Part shown: positions 8,980-19,278 of the stretch, one piece after another | How the letters are laid out: every line of letters starts with the position of its first letter | Numbering within the stretch: the stretch's first letter is position 1 | Source: a virus | Taxonomy: Duplodnaviria > Caudoviricetes | IMG/VR virus record: IMGVR_UViG_3300025740_000004 | Span: 28,375 to 92,374 of that record | Direction: 5' to 3' (one strand) | DNA: 64,000 nt | Position numbers and translations under genes: made by a program | Notes under the pieces: model-generated | Databases searched by the model: none | Seen by the model: only the letters and a program-made list of their open reading frames with translations | Told to the model about the DNA's origin: nothing

Positions 8980-9310
8980 AGATTCCAAGGATTTTCACCC
9001 AGATGTGAAAGAAGTTTTAGAAGAGTTACCATATATTACTTTTAATAAAGATGCTTTAGGAAAAACAGCAATTGCTAAACTAGATGATGTGAAACGAGTT
9101 GGGGCTTATTCTTGTAACATCTATCCAAATTCTGAAAAAGATATTGCTGTGACTATTTCTCTCAAACCAGTAGATTCTAATAAGATCATAACTCTTTCGG
9201 AAAGATTAATTAATACTGAAGATAGTGCTTGGGAAAAGAACTTTAAGAAATTCATTAACGAAGCAAGAAAAATTGTAGAGAAATTATCTGAACTAAATCA
9301 AGCAGACTAA
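8924..9310 (+). CDS. Putative internal head protein (leader MSTFSEHLKFLVEGKLNEA)
   Basis: ATG at 8924 after AGG, in frame with ORF 8873..9310. Confidence 0.7.
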   Translation: MSTFSEHLKFLVEGKLNEADSKDFHPDVKEVLEELPYITFNKDALGKTAIAKLDDVKRVGAYSCNIYPNSEKDIAVTISLKPVDSNKIITLSERLINTEDSAWEKNFKKFINEARKIVEKLSELNQAD

Positions 9311-9333
9311 TCAGAAATTTAATCTCACATCTT

Positions 9334-9381
9334 AATTAAATTTATAAACCTCTTGACATTCCTGATTAAATATTGGATAAT
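9334..9381 (+). promoter_or_regulatory. Phage sigma70-type promoter (family copy)
   Basis: AATTAAATTTATAAA..TTGACA-17-GATAAT with ATTAAA in the spacer. Confidence 0.75.
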
Positions 9382-9404
9382 CAGATTAATGGAAAGAGGT
9401 TTTA

Positions 9405-10313
9405 ATGTCTTTAACAGATAATTGGAAAAAAATATTAAATAGAAATGGAAGAATATTAAGTGCCTCACATGCTGATCTTGATGGTGTAGGTTGTTCTATA
9501 GTACTCCAAAACATTTATAAAAATATAGAATTCAAATCTTTAAAATATGGTGAAGTAGATAGTTTCTTAAAAACTGTAAATTTCAAAAATTATGATTGTG
9601 TGATTTTAACAGACATATCTCCAGAGTTTAAAGAAACATTTGATTTGTCTGATAAAATTTTCTTATTAGACCATCATGAATCCGCAGTAAAATATCATAA
9701 TCCTGAAAGAAATTTATTAGTCAACACGAAAAATTCTGCATCAGTTTTTGTGAAAGAGTTTTTTGAAAAGTTATTTAATCTAGATCTTTATTATTTAAAT
9801 GATCTAATTTCTATAATAGATGATTTTGATTTATGGAAACTTCAAGACCCAAGATCAAAATATTTTAATGAACTTTATTTTAAAATGTATGAATCAGATT
9901 TTCGAAGAAGGTTTGGAAATGGAAATACAAAACTTACTCAAGAAGAAATTGATTATGTATTAGAAAGAAAGAAACAATTTAAAGAAACTTATGAAAAATT
10001 AGATATATATGAATTTGATTCTATAAATGCATGTTTCTTTATCTCTACAAATTTCGTAAATGATATATGTCACAAACTGATGGAAGAAAAAGGATATCAA
10101 TTAACTATCTGTATAAATCCTAAATCAAGATCCTGCTCAGTAAGAACCAAAGAAGATTGTCTAGATGTTGGAAAAGTTTTAGAAATTTTAGGACTTGGTG
10201 CCGGACATAAAAAAAGTGCTGGTTTTAGACTTTTAGAAAATGAAGAACCATCTACAAAAATTGATATGATTGAGAAATACCTTTATTACAATTATGAGGA
10301 TATTAGAAAATGA
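9405..10313 (+). CDS. DHH/DHHA1 phosphoesterase
   Basis: HADLDG, TD, LDHH and GAGHKKSAG motifs. Confidence 0.88.
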   Translation: MSLTDNWKKILNRNGRILSASHADLDGVGCSIVLQNIYKNIEFKSLKYGEVDSFLKTVNFKNYDCVILTDISPEFKETFDLSDKIFLLDHHESAVKYHNPERNLLVNTKNSASVFVKEFFEKLFNLDLYYLNDLISIIDDFDLWKLQDPRSKYFNELYFKMYESDFRRRFGNGNTKLTQEEIDYVLERKKQFKETYEKLDIYEFDSINACFFISTNFVNDICHKLMEEKGYQLTICINPKSRSCSVRTKEDCLDVGKVLEILGLGAGHKKSAGFRLLENEEPSTKIDMIEKYLYYNYEDIRK

Positions 10314-13234
10314 GAACGTTTAAAAACATTTATTACGACTCTTGGAAAAACAAAATGTATCTTTGGGAATATGACTCGGATACTGATAGAACTGAAATGA
10401 AAGAATTTGATCATGAAATTGAATATTATGTTTTAGATAAATCTGGAAAGAGTTCTATAAAAAGTATCTATGGTGATCCTGTAATAAGAAGAGTCACAAA
10501 GTCTAAAGATAAATTAAAAGAACTTAAAGAATCTGGGGAAAAATTATTCGAATCAGATCTATCAGAAGAAGTTAAATTTCTACATAAAAGATATGATCCT
10601 GAAGAAGATTTATTAGTTGATTATAATAAATTCGTTATAGCAAATATAGATATAGAAATTCAAACAGAAGGAGTATTTCCAAAACCTGAAGAAGCTCTAT
10701 TTCCAATTAATCTAGTAACAATTCAATTATTAAGAACTGGAGAAATTTATACTCTAGGCTTGAATCCATATACAGGAAATAAATTAGATAAATCTGTAAA
10801 TTACCTTCATTGTAAATCTGAAGAACAATTAATACAAAATCTATGTAAAATATTAAAACACAAAAAAGTTACCTCTATCACTGGTTGGAATACGAGTGGT
10901 GATTTAGGTGGTTTTGATATTCCTTATATAGTAAATCGTATCGAAAGACTTAATCTAGATTGTTCCTTATCACCTATGAATAAACATATTAAAAAATATA
11001 ATGGTGATATAGAAATTCCTGGTATTGCAGATTTTGATTTACTAAAACTTTATAAGAAATATACATATGTAAATCAACCATCATATTCTCTAAACTATAT
11101 TGGACTCTTAGAAGTAAATGAAGGAAAGTTAGATACTGAAGGTTCTATCCAAGACTTATGGAAAAGAGATTGGAATTTATTTGTAGAGTATAATATTCAA
11201 GACGTTTTACTAGTTTCTAAAATTGAAAAGAAAAAGAAATTAATAGAACAAGCAATTAACTTCTATACTCTTACTAGAACTCCTCCAAATAAAGTATGTT
11301 CTACTGTGGCAGTTGCTGAAGGATATATTAAAAAATTCTTGATGAGAAGAAATTTAGTAATCCCAAATAGAAAAGAAATTACTTCAAATGAAAAAATTAA
11401 AGGAGCTTTCGTATCAGCTATTCCAGGATTTTATCTATACTCAATTAATATAGATGCTACAAGTCTTTATCCTTCTTTAATGAGACAATTTAATATCAGT
11501 CCAGAAACTCAAAGACTCTATCCAAAAGATATTGAAGGACTTATTAAAACAAATATGGATGGATTGTATTATATAAAAGAACAAGGCATCATTCCAGAAA
11601 TTGTTACGGAAATGTTTAACCTAAGAAAGTATCACAAAGAATTGGCATCAAAATATGAATTAGAAGGAGATGTAGAAAAATTTGAATATCATGATTCACA
11701 ACAATTAATTTATAAAATTTTCATCAACTCAATCTATGGGGCTTTTCTAGAAAAAAGTTTTCATTTCTTTGATATTAATAATGGATCTTGTATTACATCA
11801 ATGGGAAGAGAAATTATTCAATATGTTGCAAAAAATGTAAATAATTTTCTTATAAATGAATTTCCTACATTTGCAAAACAACATTATCCCAACTTTAAAA
11901 ATAGTATCACAAAAAAGAATAAAATTTCGGTTATAGATACGGATTCGGTCGCTGGTTCTTCTTTAATAAATACTGATAGTGGTGATATTAAGATAGAGGA
12001 TATATTCGATAACTATTCATATAATAAACAAGAAAAATCTCAAGATAATTTTATAGCATCTGTAGATAATTTAAAAACATTATCATTCAATAAAGATACT
12101 AAAAAGTCTGAATATAAAGATATAAAATATATTAAGAAACATAAAGTTAAAAAAAGATTATTCAAAGTCAAACATATGAATGATGAAGTTATAGTTACAG
12201 AAGATCATTCTATAATAATTGAACGTAACGGAAAATACTTAGATATATCAGTAAAAGATTTAATCAAAGGAGATAAAATAATAAAATCTTCTTTAATACA
12301 TTCTAATGATTTTGAAATTAAAGATTTGGGAATTCAAGAAGAATGGGTTTATGATATTGAAGTAGATAATAATCATAACTTTTTTGCAAACAATATCTTA
12401 GTACATAATTCAAATTATATTAATCTTGAAGAAATTTTTATATCATGTAATACTGGATTAGATTTCCTACATTTTACTTTAGACTTTGAGGAAAAAATCC
12501 TACAGCCTTTCTTGAATAAAATTATGAAAGAATTTGCAGAAAAATATGACACAGAAAATCTTATTCAATTCAAAAGAGAAAAGATAATTCTAAAACAATA
12601 TGTGCAATGTAAAAAGAAATATATAACACAAATTATAGCAAACGAAAAGAAAATCTATAAAGAACCTATAGTGAAAATTACAGGAATCGAACTTAATAAA
12701 TCAGATCTTTGTAAATTCTCTAAAGATAGTCTTGGTAAACTTTGTGAAATAATGTTCCAAGGAGAAAGGCCAAATAAACAAAATATGCTAAATCATATCC
12801 GACAAGCATTTAATGAATTCAAAACTCATAATATAAATGAAATATCTACCCCAAAAGGTGTTAAAGATTATGATGCATATAGCATAGAACTTGATCAATC
12901 TTATTCAAATTTCAAACCACATACACCAATTCATAATAGAGCTTCCATCATTTATAACCAAACTATAAAAGATAATAATCTACCATATATGGAAATCTTT
13001 AATGGAACTAAATTGAAATATATCTATACAAAAGAAAATAATAAGTATAAATCAAATATCATAGGATTTATAGGAAACTATCCAAAAGAATTCGAATCAA
13101 TTTTTACTATAGATTATGAAGAACAATTTAACACTCAGTATCTAAATATCGCCCAAAGATTCTTCGATACTCTAGGTTTTGGACAAGTTACCCTAAAAGA
13201 TTCTAAACTATTGAGGCTAATTGAAGAGGAATAA
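10310..13234 (+). CDS. 43: gp43 family B DNA polymerase containing an intein
   Basis: DIE exonuclease motif, DATSLYPS, KIFINSIYG, DTD/S split by the intein, KKKY. Confidence 0.96.
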   Translation: MRTFKNIYYDSWKNKMYLWEYDSDTDRTEMKEFDHEIEYYVLDKSGKSSIKSIYGDPVIRRVTKSKDKLKELKESGEKLFESDLSEEVKFLHKRYDPEEDLLVDYNKFVIANIDIEIQTEGVFPKPEEALFPINLVTIQLLRTGEIYTLGLNPYTGNKLDKSVNYLHCKSEEQLIQNLCKILKHKKVTSITGWNTSGDLGGFDIPYIVNRIERLNLDCSLSPMNKHIKKYNGDIEIPGIADFDLLKLYKKYTYVNQPSYSLNYIGLLEVNEGKLDTEGSIQDLWKRDWNLFVEYNIQDVLLVSKIEKKKKLIEQAINFYTLTRTPPNKVCSTVAVAEGYIKKFLMRRNLVIPNRKEITSNEKIKGAFVSAIPGFYLYSINIDATSLYPSLMRQFNISPETQRLYPKDIEGLIKTNMDGLYYIKEQGIIPEIVTEMFNLRKYHKELASKYELEGDVEKFEYHDSQQLIYKIFINSIYGAFLEKSFHFFDINNGSCITSMGREIIQYVAKNVNNFLINEFPTFAKQHYPNFKNSITKKNKISVIDTDSVAGSSLINTDSGDIKIEDIFDNYSYNKQEKSQDNFIASVDNLKTLSFNKDTKKSEYKDIKYIKKHKVKKRLFKVKHMNDEVIVTEDHSIIIERNGKYLDISVKDLIKGDKIIKSSLIHSNDFEIKDLGIQEEWVYDIEVDNNHNFFANNILVHNSNYINLEEIFISCNTGLDFLHFTLDFEEKILQPFLNKIMKEFAEKYDTENLIQFKREKIILKQYVQCKKKYITQIIANEKKIYKEPIVKITGIELNKSDLCKFSKDSLGKLCEIMFQGERPNKQNMLNHIRQAFNEFKTHNINEISTPKGVKDYDAYSIELDQSYSNFKPHTPIHNRASIIYNQTIKDNNLPYMEIFNGTKLKYIYTKENNKYKSNIIGFIGNYPKEFESIFTIDYEEQFNTQYLNIAQRFFDTLGFGQVTLKDSKLLRLIEEE
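11945..12409 (+). mobile_element. Mini-intein (155 aa) in the polymerase catalytic DTD|S motif
   Basis: Starts SVAGSSLI; block B VTEDHS; ends VYDIEV..HNFFANNILVHN followed by S; no endonuclease domain. Confidence 0.92.
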
Positions 13235-13302
13235 ATATAGTTGATCTATGGAAATTCTATTAGATCATTTCTAAAAATCATAATAAAACATAAAGGAAAA
13301 AT

Positions 13303-14445
13303 ATGGCAAAAGAAAAAGTATTAGGAAACAATTTGAATAAAGCTTCAAATTTGATGGAAAGATTATTAAAAAATAGTACACTAAAACATGCTGCAAGACT
13401 TGACGAATCTGAAATATTAAATGAAATTCCAGCAGTCCCGACAAGAATTCCGATGTTAAATTTGGCACTTAATGGAAGAATTGATGGTGGAATCGAACGT
13501 GGACTTACAATGTTAGCAGGTCCGTCTAAAAGTTTCAAGACAAGTTTTTCGCTAGAAATGATTTCGGCGTATTTAAAAGCAAAACCAAACGCGGTATGTT
13601 TATTTTTTGATGGAGAATTTGGTGCTAAGAAATCATATTTTGAACAATTTGATGTACCAACCCACAAAATCCTACATTTGCCGTTCGAAAATATCGAGGA
13701 ATTAAAATTTGAAATGGCAAATCAGTTAACAAATGTGGAATTGGGAGAAGATGTTATATGTTTTGTGGATAGTATTGGTAATGCTGCTTCAAAAAAAGAA
13801 GTTGAAGATAGCATTGATCAAAAGTCTGTCGCAGACCTTTCGAGAGCAAAATCGCTTGCTAGTTTATTTAGAATTATTACTCCAAAGTTATATCTTAAAA
13901 GAATTCCTTGTATTATTGTTAATCATACAATGAAGACGATGGATTTTTATCCTGTCGATTTGCCGAAAGGAGGAAATGGAGGAATCTATAGTTCGAATAC
14001 TATTTGGCTAATTGGTAAAAATAAACTTAAGGAAAAGGAAGAACATACTGGTTATAAATTTCTAATCAAGATGTATAAGAGTAGAGATATTAAAGATAAT
14101 GCTATGTTTCCAATTACCGTAAGATTTGAAGGCGGTATTGCTAAATGGTCTGGATTAGATGAATTAGCATTACAATTAGGTATTATTGAAAAATGTAAAG
14201 AAGGAAGATCATCGGCATATCAATATCAATCAATTAGTGGGGAAATTTTTAAGGTTTTAGAAAAGGATGTTGATGTTGATGATGCATTTTGGGAAAGGAT
14301 TTTTAAGGAAACTGATTTTCAATATAGAGTAGAATGTTTATATCAATTTGGAAAACACTCTGAAGATAAAGTTCATTTCGATTCTTCTGAAGTCGATGAA
14401 ATTATTAAAAATGCTGTAGTAATTGATTTGAATAAACCAGAATAA
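13303..14445 (+). CDS. uvsX: UvsX RecA-like recombinase
   Basis: GPSKSFKT, FDGEFG, DSIGNAASKKE..D, VNHT. Confidence 0.95.
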   Translation: MAKEKVLGNNLNKASNLMERLLKNSTLKHAARLDESEILNEIPAVPTRIPMLNLALNGRIDGGIERGLTMLAGPSKSFKTSFSLEMISAYLKAKPNAVCLFFDGEFGAKKSYFEQFDVPTHKILHLPFENIEELKFEMANQLTNVELGEDVICFVDSIGNAASKKEVEDSIDQKSVADLSRAKSLASLFRIITPKLYLKRIPCIIVNHTMKTMDFYPVDLPKGGNGGIYSSNTIWLIGKNKLKEKEEHTGYKFLIKMYKSRDIKDNAMFPITVRFEGGIAKWSGLDELALQLGIIEKCKEGRSSAYQYQSISGEIFKVLEKDVDVDDAFWERIFKETDFQYRVECLYQFGKHSEDKVHFDSSEVDEIIKNAVVIDLNKPE

Positions 14446-14451
14446 AATATT

Positions 14452-14497
14452 TCTAATATAGGGTCTATTTTTTAATTTTTATAGACCTTATATTAGA
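14452..14497 (+). terminator. Long hairpin after uvsX (probable terminator)
   Basis: TCTAATATAGGGTCTAT / ATAGACCTTATATTAGA inverted repeat. Confidence 0.55.
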
Positions 14498-14528
14498 TCT
14501 TAAAAATTAATTAAAGACTTATCGGATA

Positions 14529-14576
14529 AATTAAATTTCTAAAGGTCTTGACTCTTGAAATTAAAGATTGTAAGAT
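14529..14576 (+). promoter_or_regulatory. Phage sigma70-type promoter (family copy)
   Basis: AATTAAATTTCTAAA..TTGACT-17-TAAGAT. Confidence 0.8.
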
Positions 14577-14598
14577 ATGTATATAAGAGGTGCGATAA

Positions 14599-15984
14599 GT
14601 GCAAGAAGAATTTACTAAAGCATTATATGAGAAGTTATTAATTCAGTACATGTTTAATAATGAGAGAGTTCGAGAAAAGTTAGTTCCGTTTTTAGATAGT
14701 TCTGTATTTTTTTATCAAATGAATTCTCAGGTTATTGAAAGTATTTTAGGATTTATAAAGAGTCATGAACATTTTCCTAGAATTAATGAGATGAAGTTAT
14801 ATATAAAATCTAATGAATTATATGAACATTTGATGGAGATAATGAATACTGATTCTTCTGAATATGATGAGGAATTTATTTTAGGAGAGTTAGAGGAATT
14901 TTACAGGAAGAGTTTGATTTCAAAAGTTATTATAGAATCTCATGAAAAGTTAAATAAAGATTCTAATGAGATGCAGGATTTACCGGATGAGTTATTGAAT
15001 GCATTATCATTTACTTTTGATACTAATATTGGAACTTCTTTAATAGATGATGAAGATAAGTTTTTTGAACAGCTTCACAATAAAGAAAATTTCATACCGA
15101 CTAATATAAAGACATTGGATAGATTAATTGATGGTGGATGTCATGAGAAGACTTTGAATGGAATTTTGGCTGGAACTGGTGTAGGAAAGAGTTTAGCATT
15201 ATGTTCTTTAGCATGTAATTTTATTTTACAGAACAAGAATGTATTATATATTACTTTAGAGATGAGTGAGCAGAAGATTCAAGAAAGAATTTTAGCTAAC
15301 TTATTTGATATAGAAATCTCATCTTTAAAGAATCTTTCTAAAGCTCAATATAAAGAATATTACAAAACATTAAAGAATAGAATTAAAGCAAATTTACATA
15401 TTGTAGAGTATCCAGAGAAAACAATTTCAGCAAATAGAATTGATGCGATTGTTAAAGAATTCCAGACAAAGAAGAATATAAAGTTTGATGTCTTAGTTTT
15501 AGATTATATGGCATTGATGTGTACAAATACTAAAATGAGAGATGTAAATTCTTATCATGAACTAGGATTGATTTCACAAGAATTGAGAGGATGTGCTAAA
15601 AAACATTCATTTCCAGTATGGACGGCCTACCAATCCAACAGAGGAAATATGACAAAAATTGACATCGAAATTGACAGTATTGCCGAAAGTTCAAAAATTC
15701 TTCATACATTAGATTTATTATTTGCATTAACTTCTTCAGATGAGTTGAGAGAAGCTGGAAAATATAAAGCAACAATTTTGAAGAATAGATATGGCACTCC
15801 AAATTTTTCATTTTATGTTGGTGTAGATTATCCGAAAATGAGGATATTTGATTTGGAAGATGAATTAAGTAAGCAAGAAATTTACAAGCCAAAATCAGTT
15901 GTAGATGAAGCTGCTGTAGAAGTTTTGAAAACGATGCAATCAAATGTAAATGAAAAAAGAAAGAAAATTACAGGAATAGAATAA
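14599..15984 (+). CDS. 41: gp41 DnaB-like replicative helicase
   Basis: AGTGVGKS, ITLEMS, LDY, Q.NR and KNRYG; GTG start with GAGGT RBS. Confidence 0.95.
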   Translation: MQEEFTKALYEKLLIQYMFNNERVREKLVPFLDSSVFFYQMNSQVIESILGFIKSHEHFPRINEMKLYIKSNELYEHLMEIMNTDSSEYDEEFILGELEEFYRKSLISKVIIESHEKLNKDSNEMQDLPDELLNALSFTFDTNIGTSLIDDEDKFFEQLHNKENFIPTNIKTLDRLIDGGCHEKTLNGILAGTGVGKSLALCSLACNFILQNKNVLYITLEMSEQKIQERILANLFDIEISSLKNLSKAQYKEYYKTLKNRIKANLHIVEYPEKTISANRIDAIVKEFQTKKNIKFDVLVLDYMALMCTNTKMRDVNSYHELGLISQELRGCAKKHSFPVWTAYQSNRGNMTKIDIEIDSIAESSKILHTLDLLFALTSSDELREAGKYKATILKNRYGTPNFSFYVGVDYPKMRIFDLEDELSKQEIYKPKSVVDEAAVEVLKTMQSNVNEKRKKITGIE

Positions 15985-15993
15985 GGAACAATT

Positions 15994-16395
15994 ATGGACA
16001 ATTTAACAGAATTTTATCAACCATCTCTTACACCAAAACGTGAGAACAATTTCGAAAAGAATACTGAGAATGATATTGTGAGATCATGTTTGAAGACAAG
16101 ATTTTTCGATAAACTTTCTTTAGAAAATTTAGATTTAGATATTGTTTCTAATGGTAAGAGAAATAGAAATGAGCAGTTTCATAGATTTAATTTATTCATT
16201 AAGATGATGTATGAGAAACATAGAATTTTAATGCATGATATGGTACAGTTTTTAGAAGAAGATTGGTTTGATTATAAGTCTGTTTTGCAATGTTTAAATG
16301 AAGAAAATTATTTTATTTTAAGAGAAGAGTTGCAGATAAAGTATCATAGAAAACAAAAAAGAAGCAAATTAGAATTATTGATTGAGGAAGAATGA
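15994..16395 (+). CDS. 33: gp33-like late transcription co-activator
   Basis: C-terminal DMVQFLEEDWFD..LREE resembles gp33; T4-like order 33-59-32. Confidence 0.55.
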   Translation: MDNLTEFYQPSLTPKRENNFEKNTENDIVRSCLKTRFFDKLSLENLDLDIVSNGKRNRNEQFHRFNLFIKMMYEKHRILMHDMVQFLEEDWFDYKSVLQCLNEENYFILREELQIKYHRKQKRSKLELLIEEE

Positions 16396-16949
16396 CAGAA
16401 GCTAAATTAGATCATTTTTACATATTCTATACAAAAGTAAAAAAAGCATTAGATGGATATAAAGTAAAATGGGATTTTCAAAAAGGAATTGTTGGAAAAA
16501 GAAGTATTCCGTGGATTGTTAAAAAACTTACGGAATTTTATGCATGTTACAGATCTAATCATTTTACAGAACTAGATTTTCAACTTTATTTTTTAGAGAA
16601 TGTATTAAAGAATGAGAAATTTTTAGAAAATTGCAGTCTATGGAATGTTAGAGATGTGAAAAAGATATCGAGAATAGAAATGACTGAAATGATTGTAAAA
16701 GATCAAGAATTCATTTTGAAAGTATCTAAGAGTTCAGGTGTTAAAGACCCTCAGATATTTTTCGATATAAATAATAATGGAGAGAGTTTGATATCTTCTT
16801 TTTATGAGAAGGGACTAATTTCAATCCATTTTTTGGTAAAGTATTGTATGTACTTTATTGAATCAGAAAACGAGACAGAAAAACACAAAAAACTAGTAAA
16901 AATTTCTAAAATAATAAAAGAAATATTACAAAACTATAAGGAAAACTAA
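16392..16949 (+). CDS. 59: gp59-like helicase loader
   Basis: Size and position between gp33-like and gp32; sequence match weak. Confidence 0.45.
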   Translation: MTEAKLDHFYIFYTKVKKALDGYKVKWDFQKGIVGKRSIPWIVKKLTEFYACYRSNHFTELDFQLYFLENVLKNEKFLENCSLWNVRDVKKISRIEMTEMIVKDQEFILKVSKSSGVKDPQIFFDINNNGESLISSFYEKGLISIHFLVKYCMYFIESENETEKHKKLVKISKIIKEILQNYKEN

Positions 16950-16951
16950 TC

Positions 16952-17863
16952 ATGGCAGTAAGAAAAATTAATTGGGAAAATGTTGCAAGTGAAATGTCAA
17001 ATGTTGGTAAGAAGCCTGCTTTCGAAAAGAAGGTTGATGCAAATCTTTACAAGTATAAGGCAAAGAATGGAGAATCTACAGTTCTTCTAAGATTTCTTCC
17101 AGCACCTGTAGGAGATATTGAGCTTCCTTACGCAGAAGTATTTCATCACTCATATAAGAATAATGGGAAACTTCTTTTAGAAAAGTGTCCTCAATCTATG
17201 TCTAAGACTAATAAGTGTCCTGTGTGTGAATATGGAACGAAGCTTTGGAGAAATGGTGACAAGGAAGTTGCGAAGCAATTTTTCCATCAAGTTTCATATT
17301 ATGTAAATGTTCTTATCATCAATGACATCAATACTCCAGAAAATAATGGAAAGATTTTTGTACTAAAGCTTGGTAAGAGTTTATTCAAGAAGATTAAGGA
17401 TAAGATGGCTCCTTCAGAAGAGGATAAGGAACTTGGTGCAACTCCTGTAAATATCTTTGATTATGAAGAAGGTCTTAACTTTAAACTTAAGATTTCTGAA
17501 ACTCTTATCAAGGAAAAGAGAAATGGAGAAGAATATTCTTATACTGTTCCTAGATATGATGGCTCAACTTGGGTAGACGTTCCTACAAAGATTGGAATTG
17601 ATCCTAAGAAGCCTTTTACAGAACAAGAAATTGAAGAAAAGGTTGAGCAAAATCTTATCCCACTCAAGCCTTATATTTTCGATGATCAGAAGGAATACAG
17701 TGCTCTCCAGGAGCGTTTAAACAGGGTTCTAGGACGTTCTGACGAGTCTGTTGAACATTCCGATGGGTTTGAAAAGACTATGGCTCAAACAAGCTCTGAT
17801 AAGTATGCAGCAACTAATGAAGACGATGACAAGGAATTTCTGAAGAACCTTTTGGGTGGATAA
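16952..17863 (+). CDS. 32: gp32 ssDNA-binding protein
   Basis: LRFLPAP, H..C..CPVCE zinc site, NIFD..EG.NFKLKI, acidic tail. Confidence 0.93.
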   Translation: MAVRKINWENVASEMSNVGKKPAFEKKVDANLYKYKAKNGESTVLLRFLPAPVGDIELPYAEVFHHSYKNNGKLLLEKCPQSMSKTNKCPVCEYGTKLWRNGDKEVAKQFFHQVSYYVNVLIINDINTPENNGKIFVLKLGKSLFKKIKDKMAPSEEDKELGATPVNIFDYEEGLNFKLKISETLIKEKRNGEEYSYTVPRYDGSTWVDVPTKIGIDPKKPFTEQEIEEKVEQNLIPLKPYIFDDQKEYSALQERLNRVLGRSDESVEHSDGFEKTMAQTSSDKYAATNEDDDKEFLKNLLGG

Positions 17864-17883
17864 TTTAGAAATTTAATTTTTGG

Positions 17884-17912
17884 AAAGCTCTGGAGAAATC
17901 TGGAGCTTTTTT
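17884..17912 (+). terminator. Intrinsic terminator
   Basis: AAAGCTCTGGA/TCTGGAGCTTT stem plus T-tract. Confidence 0.75.
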
Positions 17913-17913
17913 A

Positions 17914-17961
17914 ATTTTAATTTGAGAAAGGCTTGACAAAACAAATTAAAGGTGTTATTAT
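17914..17961 (+). promoter_or_regulatory. Phage sigma70-type promoter (family copy)
   Basis: TTGACA-aaacaaATTAAAggtgt-TATTAT; primase ATG follows 6 nt later. Confidence 0.75.
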
Positions 17962-17967
17962 AAGTTT

Positions 17968-18966
17968 ATGTTAGAACAAGATCCAGAAATTTTATTAAGG
18001 TTTGTAGAAAGAGCTATAGAATCTTTTGATACAAATGCTCATCATTCTAGAAATTATATAAACTTTAAGTGTAATTGTTGTGGTGAAAATAATAGAAGAG
18101 ATAAGAAAGCATATGTTTTAAAAAATAGTTACAAACATAATGATAGGATTACGATATATTGTCATAAAGCAAGTTGTGTATTAAATTCTGGAAAGTCTGG
18201 ACAAAATTGGTTGAAAGAATTTTTTCCACAAATGTATTCAGAATATCGTAGAGAATCTTTTCTAAACTTTTGTGAAAAATCTCCTAAGAAGCAAACTGTA
18301 AAATATGTAGAAAAAAAGATTGAAGAAAAAGATGATGTTAAATTTTTCGTTCCTATTCTAAAAGGTGAAGGAGAATTATTTCAAACTGCTATAGAATATT
18401 GTGTTTCTAGAAAGCTATCTGAAAATGTTTGGAAGAAATTTTTTGTAGCAACTGGTGGATTTTTTCAAGGAAGATTGATTATACCTTTTCTAGATGCTGA
18501 AGATAAAATTTATTATTATCAAGGAAGAACTTTATTAAACTCTAAACCAAAATATTTAAATAGAAGAGTTGGTGATAAGGCTATATATAACATTTTCAAT
18601 ATAGATAAAAGTCTTCCTGTAATTATTGTAGAAGGTCCGATTGATTCATCCTTTGTAAAAAATTCTATAGCTATTGTAGGATTGATTGGTAAAAGAATGT
18701 CTGAAAATGTTTATGAACAGATTAAAGACTTGAAGAAATTTTATATGTTAGATAATGATGAAGAGGGTAAGAAAAACTCTATTCAATTATTACAAAATGG
18801 TGAGAGAGTTTTTAATTGGACTAGATTTTTAAAAGATCATGAAATTGTTGGTAAGATTAAAGATGTGAATGATTTTATTTTAGCTTCTGGAAAGGAGTTT
18901 TTAGAATTTAAAGATTTAGAAAAATATTTCACGAATGATTATATAGATGTTATATATTTCAAATGA
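17968..18966 (+). CDS. 61: gp61 DNA primase
   Basis: N-terminal CxxC zinc site, RLIIPF, YQGR, TOPRIM VEGPIDS and DNDEEG, KDVND. Confidence 0.93.
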   Translation: MLEQDPEILLRFVERAIESFDTNAHHSRNYINFKCNCCGENNRRDKKAYVLKNSYKHNDRITIYCHKASCVLNSGKSGQNWLKEFFPQMYSEYRRESFLNFCEKSPKKQTVKYVEKKIEEKDDVKFFVPILKGEGELFQTAIEYCVSRKLSENVWKKFFVATGGFFQGRLIIPFLDAEDKIYYYQGRTLLNSKPKYLNRRVGDKAIYNIFNIDKSLPVIIVEGPIDSSFVKNSIAIVGLIGKRMSENVYEQIKDLKKFYMLDNDEEGKKNSIQLLQNGERVFNWTRFLKDHEIVGKIKDVNDFILASGKEFLEFKDLEKYFTNDYIDVIYFK

Positions 18967-18973
18967 GGTTTTG

Positions 18974-19189
18974 ATGAATTATGCAGAAGAAATCACAAAA
19001 CAAGTTACTCAGATAATTTTAGAATCTGGTGATATAGAAGGCTTTGATGTAGAGTCTTGGGTTAAAAATTGGATAAATTCTCCTACTCCTTGTTTGGGAG
19101 GAAGATGTCCTATAGAATTTTTAGAAGATGAAAAAGGGTATAAGATGATTTCAGATACAATTTCTAGAATCCAAAGCGGAGCATTTTAA
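18974..19189 (+). CDS. Stand-alone Xre/MbcA/ParS antitoxin C-terminal (DUF2384-like) domain
   Basis: WINSPTPCLGGRCPIEFL..G..ISDTISRIQSGAF matches the family pattern; GAGG RBS before ATG 18974. Confidence 0.75.
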   Translation: MNYAEEITKQVTQIILESGDIEGFDVESWVKNWINSPTPCLGGRCPIEFLEDEKGYKMISDTISRIQSGAF

Positions 19190-19278
19190 TGAAAAAATTT
19201 GAAGAAAGCGTTTTAGGAAATGTTTTGTTATTCCCAATTATGATAGGATTATTAATTTTGTTTTGGATCTTTTCATGA
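19189..19278 (+). CDS. Small membrane peptide
   Basis: MKKFEESVLGNVLLFPIMIGLLILFWIFS; overlaps both neighbours at start/stop codons. Confidence 0.5.
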   Translation: MKKFEESVLGNVLLFPIMIGLLILFWIFS

